Below are positions 61,237 through 64,000 of a stretch of DNA of 64,000 bases, one piece after another. Below the pieces are notes generated by a model. That model was not told where the DNA came from. It made no database searches and was given only the letters and a program-made list of their open reading frames with translations. Numbering within the stretch: the first letter of the stretch is position 1; each line of letters begins with the position of its first letter. The translations under genes were made by a program, and so were the position numbers. The stretch spans positions 73,810-137,809 of the forward strand of contig JAUYOV010000007.1 in the NCBI GenBank assembly GCA_030697795.1, given 5' to 3'. Source of the DNA: a bacterium. GTDB lineage: Bacteria > Patescibacteriota > Minisyncoccia > JACQLN01.

Positions 61237-63897
61237 ATGAACAAGAATTTCGGCTGTTTTTTGGCCATTCTCGCGTTGGTTTGGGCGACGAGTTTGCGGG
61301 CCCAGACGGTGGAGTTGGGCGGCATCAACAATGATGGTGGCAGTTTCGTAAACTTTGGCATCGCTGACAGCTCTAATAACGAAAAGATAACGATGCCCTT
61401 GAGTCTTTCGGCTCCAGTGGCCATCAGCAAGGTAGTTATCCATTTGGCAAAAGTCGGCAACCCAACCGATAATGCCGTGATAGAAGTCAGACAGGGTTCT
61501 CCCGATGGGGCTGTGCTTGCCAGCGGTTCTATAGGTGGATCTTCCGTCGGCGCTACGGGGTCTCGACACGAATTAACAGTGTCAAGTTTCGTGGTTCCTT
61601 CAGGAACTATCCATGTGGTTTATTCTCGATCTGGCGCCTCTGACCCAAGGAATTTTTTCAAGGCAATTAGAGGCACCAGTGCGTCGGCTTACGGCATTGT
61701 GAGTTCCGGCGGATACATGTACCTAAAAACAGGCTACGGCTGGAATGGCACTGATTTTGCCAACAGTCCCATCGTTTCCCTTTGGGGAACACTTGTTTCT
61801 TTGGGTCAAGTGACTTTGTCGCCGGCCAGTCTTGATTTCGGTAATGTTAATGTTGGACAGACTGCCCAGCTCACACTCCGAATCAAAAATACCGGTACGG
61901 CGGCGCTGGCGCTAAATAGCGCTGTGTCCAATAATTCCACGATTACTTTTTCTCCGGCGATTCCGCCGAGTGCAAACGCGAATGCGGGAGACAGCACCGC
62001 TGTCGTTGTTAGCTTTATGCCAACTGCGGCAGGAAGTATTTCTGGAAATATCACGATCACCCACAATGGGGTCAATAGCCCCACGGTGGTTGCGGTAACT
62101 GGAAACGGTGTTGCGAGTGGTGGAGGAGGAAGCTCTGGTAGTGGCGGTTCTATTGTCACCGGTCCGATGACTTTTTCTAATACCAATCCCAACATTGGCG
62201 CAGTTAATGTTGGTGCAAGCGCATCGACCATTATTTATCTACGTAACCCGAGTTCGTCGGTAGTAGCTGTGGGGCTGGCCGTTCCTAATTCTGAGTTTGG
62301 AGTTAGTCCGGTGTCTACATCGGTGCCAGTCAACGACAGCGTGGCTGTTACTGTGAGTTTTATACCTTCGTCCGGAGGAACCAAGACCACTACTTTAGTT
62401 GCCAGTTACGGCTCCAACAATAGTGCGTCGGCTGTCCTCACTGGTACAGGAGTAGGATCGACAAGTCCTATACCTGTATTGACGGTGTCCAGCACCAATG
62501 TCTCGGTCGATAGCACAATCGTCAACCAGACAAGGGGATTTACAGTCTCTATGCAGAATACAGGGGCCTCAAATCTTTTCATAACCAATATGTATATTGG
62601 CGGGAATAATGTGTCGGCGTTTACGCTGACATCGGCTTCCGCTGTTACTGTTGGTTCCGGAGAGACTTACCCTGTTTCCATACTCTTCGGTCCTCGTGTT
62701 GCAGGCCTAAGAACTGCTGTCTTGAACATTAACCATAATGGTTCTGGTGGCAGTACGCAGATTTCTTTGAGCGGTGTCGGGAAAGAGTCTCCTCCGGAGG
62801 CAAAACCTGTCATTAACATCAAGGCCACGTCGCTTTCTGGTATGCCCCCGTATTCGATTACTTTTACGAATGAGAATACGGGCGGCAGTGTTACCAGAAC
62901 AGAGTGGCAAGTAATACGGCTCAGGGATGATGCACTAGGTATTGGGATCAGAAGCACTGCCGAAGTTTTTCCTTGGTATCAAGAGAGCTACACATACAAC
63001 TTCACCGAAGTGGGGCGATATGTGATAGAACTTGATCTAGAAGGACGAGGCGGCGGAGATCATCAGCCTATGAGGGATACGGTATGGATTTCTATTAAGG
63101 ATCCGAAAATTTCCGTGTCCCAAGAGGTTGTCGCTTTGCCGGCGGTTGAGCTTGGTAAGGGTAGTAGTACTGCCAAGTTTTCTATCGCGAATGTTGGAGA
63201 ATCGGGTTTAAACGTTATTCGATTTCAGATGTCCGGTTTGGACTCAACTGATTTTCGGGTGATCACACTTCCGGATTTCAGTGTTAGTCCAAATTCAACC
63301 AAGGATATAGAGGTAGAATTTAGGCCAATCAAGACGATTGGCGATAAACAAACCTATCTTTATATTCATTTCATAGGTCCGGATTCTCCAGCAAGGGTCA
63401 AGTTGTCTTCTACGGCAACAGATCCTCCATATGGGCCGGCTTCGATCATCGATTTCACTGCCAACAAAAGGCAGGGAATCGACAGCCTCGCTGTTCAGTT
63501 TTCCTATAGGTTGGAAGGGGTTCGATATTCGTCGCTTATGATGTATTTCGGCGACGGAGATTCGTCTTCTGTGTTTGATCCTGTCCATGTCTATATGACC
63601 AAGGGTAAGTTCTCTCCAAATTTGGTGGTCACACTCGCTAATGGCGAGAAGGTGACGCCAAAAGTAAAAGAAAACTACATCGAGGTTATTACTTTGCCGC
63701 CGTCACCAGATTTTAATGGCAGTGGTGGCAAGATCGATTTCGCCGATTTTTTTATGTTGGCGGAACAGATCAACAAAGCGAGCCATACCGTTGAGGAGGT
63801 TAAGAAATATGACCTCAACGTGGATGGTTTTATCAATATGGATGACTTCTTTGCCTTCAATGATGTTTACGGAAAGGAGGCACCAGTAGTTCCTTAA
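61237..63897 (+). CDS. Large secreted protein with multiple ASH/HYDIN-type Ig-like repeats and a C-terminal dockerin-like module (GC-rich, about 50%)
   Basis: Signal peptide MNKNFGCFLAILALVWATSLRAQ. Repeated ...LDFGNVNVGQTAQLTLRIKNTGTAAL... / ...GAVNVGASASTIIYLRNPSS... blocks. C-terminal DFNGSGGKIDFADFF...DLNVDGFINMDDFFAF resembles paired dockerin Ca-binding loops. Confidence 0.55.
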   Translation: MNKNFGCFLAILALVWATSLRAQTVELGGINNDGGSFVNFGIADSSNNEKITMPLSLSAPVAISKVVIHLAKVGNPTDNAVIEVRQGSPDGAVLASGSIGGSSVGATGSRHELTVSSFVVPSGTIHVVYSRSGASDPRNFFKAIRGTSASAYGIVSSGGYMYLKTGYGWNGTDFANSPIVSLWGTLVSLGQVTLSPASLDFGNVNVGQTAQLTLRIKNTGTAALALNSAVSNNSTITFSPAIPPSANANAGDSTAVVVSFMPTAAGSISGNITITHNGVNSPTVVAVTGNGVASGGGGSSGSGGSIVTGPMTFSNTNPNIGAVNVGASASTIIYLRNPSSSVVAVGLAVPNSEFGVSPVSTSVPVNDSVAVTVSFIPSSGGTKTTTLVASYGSNNSASAVLTGTGVGSTSPIPVLTVSSTNVSVDSTIVNQTRGFTVSMQNTGASNLFITNMYIGGNNVSAFTLTSASAVTVGSGETYPVSILFGPRVAGLRTAVLNINHNGSGGSTQISLSGVGKESPPEAKPVINIKATSLSGMPPYSITFTNENTGGSVTRTEWQVIRLRDDALGIGIRSTAEVFPWYQESYTYNFTEVGRYVIELDLEGRGGGDHQPMRDTVWISIKDPKISVSQEVVALPAVELGKGSSTAKFSIANVGESGLNVIRFQMSGLDSTDFRVITLPDFSVSPNSTKDIEVEFRPIKTIGDKQTYLYIHFIGPDSPARVKLSSTATDPPYGPASIIDFTANKRQGIDSLAVQFSYRLEGVRYSSLMMYFGDGDSSSVFDPVHVYMTKGKFSPNLVVTLANGEKVTPKVKENYIEVITLPPSPDFNGSGGKIDFADFFMLAEQINKASHTVEEVKKYDLNVDGFINMDDFFAFNDVYGKEAPVVP

Positions 63898-63914
63898 AGC
63901 CTAAATAAGGCGAA

Positions 63915-63947
63915 CCCCCGACTGCAACAGCAGTTGGGGGTTTTCTT
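63915..63947 (+). terminator. Rho-independent terminator
   Basis: cccccgactgcaacagcagttggggg + ttttctttac. Confidence 0.65.
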
Positions 63948-64000
63948 TACTCAACACTTGATGTTGAGTAAAGACTCTGAGCGAGTCCGCGAGTCGAAGA

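Noticed and set aside
61806-62957. Minus-strand ORFs (60-141 aa) inside the 886-aa GC-rich gene
   Set aside because: Antisense to a long ORF with clear repeat-domain structure; artefact of GC-rich composition.

Overview
This 64-kb window is low-GC and gene-dense. It looks like a small-genome, monoderm bacterium of the CPR/Patescibacteria type. That assignment is an inference from gene content and style (short YidC, PrgI/VirB4-type T4SS genes, four-helix-bundle protein, AT-rich repeat-laden spacers), not from any search.

- **Core genes:** trpS (partial), cspA-like, gyrA, rpsA, ftsH, rpsO, pnp, comM, pcrA/uvrD, rsmA, tyrS, a class A PBP, yebC-ruvC, and the replication-origin neighbourhood rpmH-rnpA-yidD-yidC-jag | dnaA-dnaN, with DnaA boxes in both dnaA-flanking spacers.
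- **tRNAs:** Arg(TCG), Leu(TAG), and an Ile with the unusual UAU anticodon.
- **Accessory content:** (i) a T4SS-like cluster at 37.7-50.9 kb with PrgI/VirB3-like, VirB4 (split at an A6 run), VirB6/TrbL-like and large secreted proteins, but no relaxase or coupling protein. (ii) A family of VirB2/TrbC-like 'pilin' N-terminal domains, three in tandem at 7.2-9.1 kb and one in the T4SS cluster, two of them fused to different C-terminal modules (M15 peptidase; Cys-rich repeats). (iii) Several toxin-antitoxin modules: MntA/HepT, RelE plus antitoxin, DinJ/YafQ, and a solo MazF. (iv) GC-rich, probably horizontally acquired segments: a 3-gene membrane operon beside tRNA-Leu, an OMP-like beta-barrel gene, and a dockerin/ASH-repeat secreted protein.
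- **Repeats:** almost every long spacer is occupied by ~100-130 bp inverted-repeat modules built from degenerate 5-6 nt units (TCTAAT, CGAAAT, ATTCG and CTAAAT families). One such module carries a four-helix-bundle protein gene as cargo, and an 'empty' copy sits 300 bp away, which suggests a mobile cassette. There are also four CTCGAG-centred 30-38 nt palindromes and a short GC-rich palindromic motif that appears in-frame inside gyrA and another CDS.

All calls are from reading the sequence; no database searches were run.
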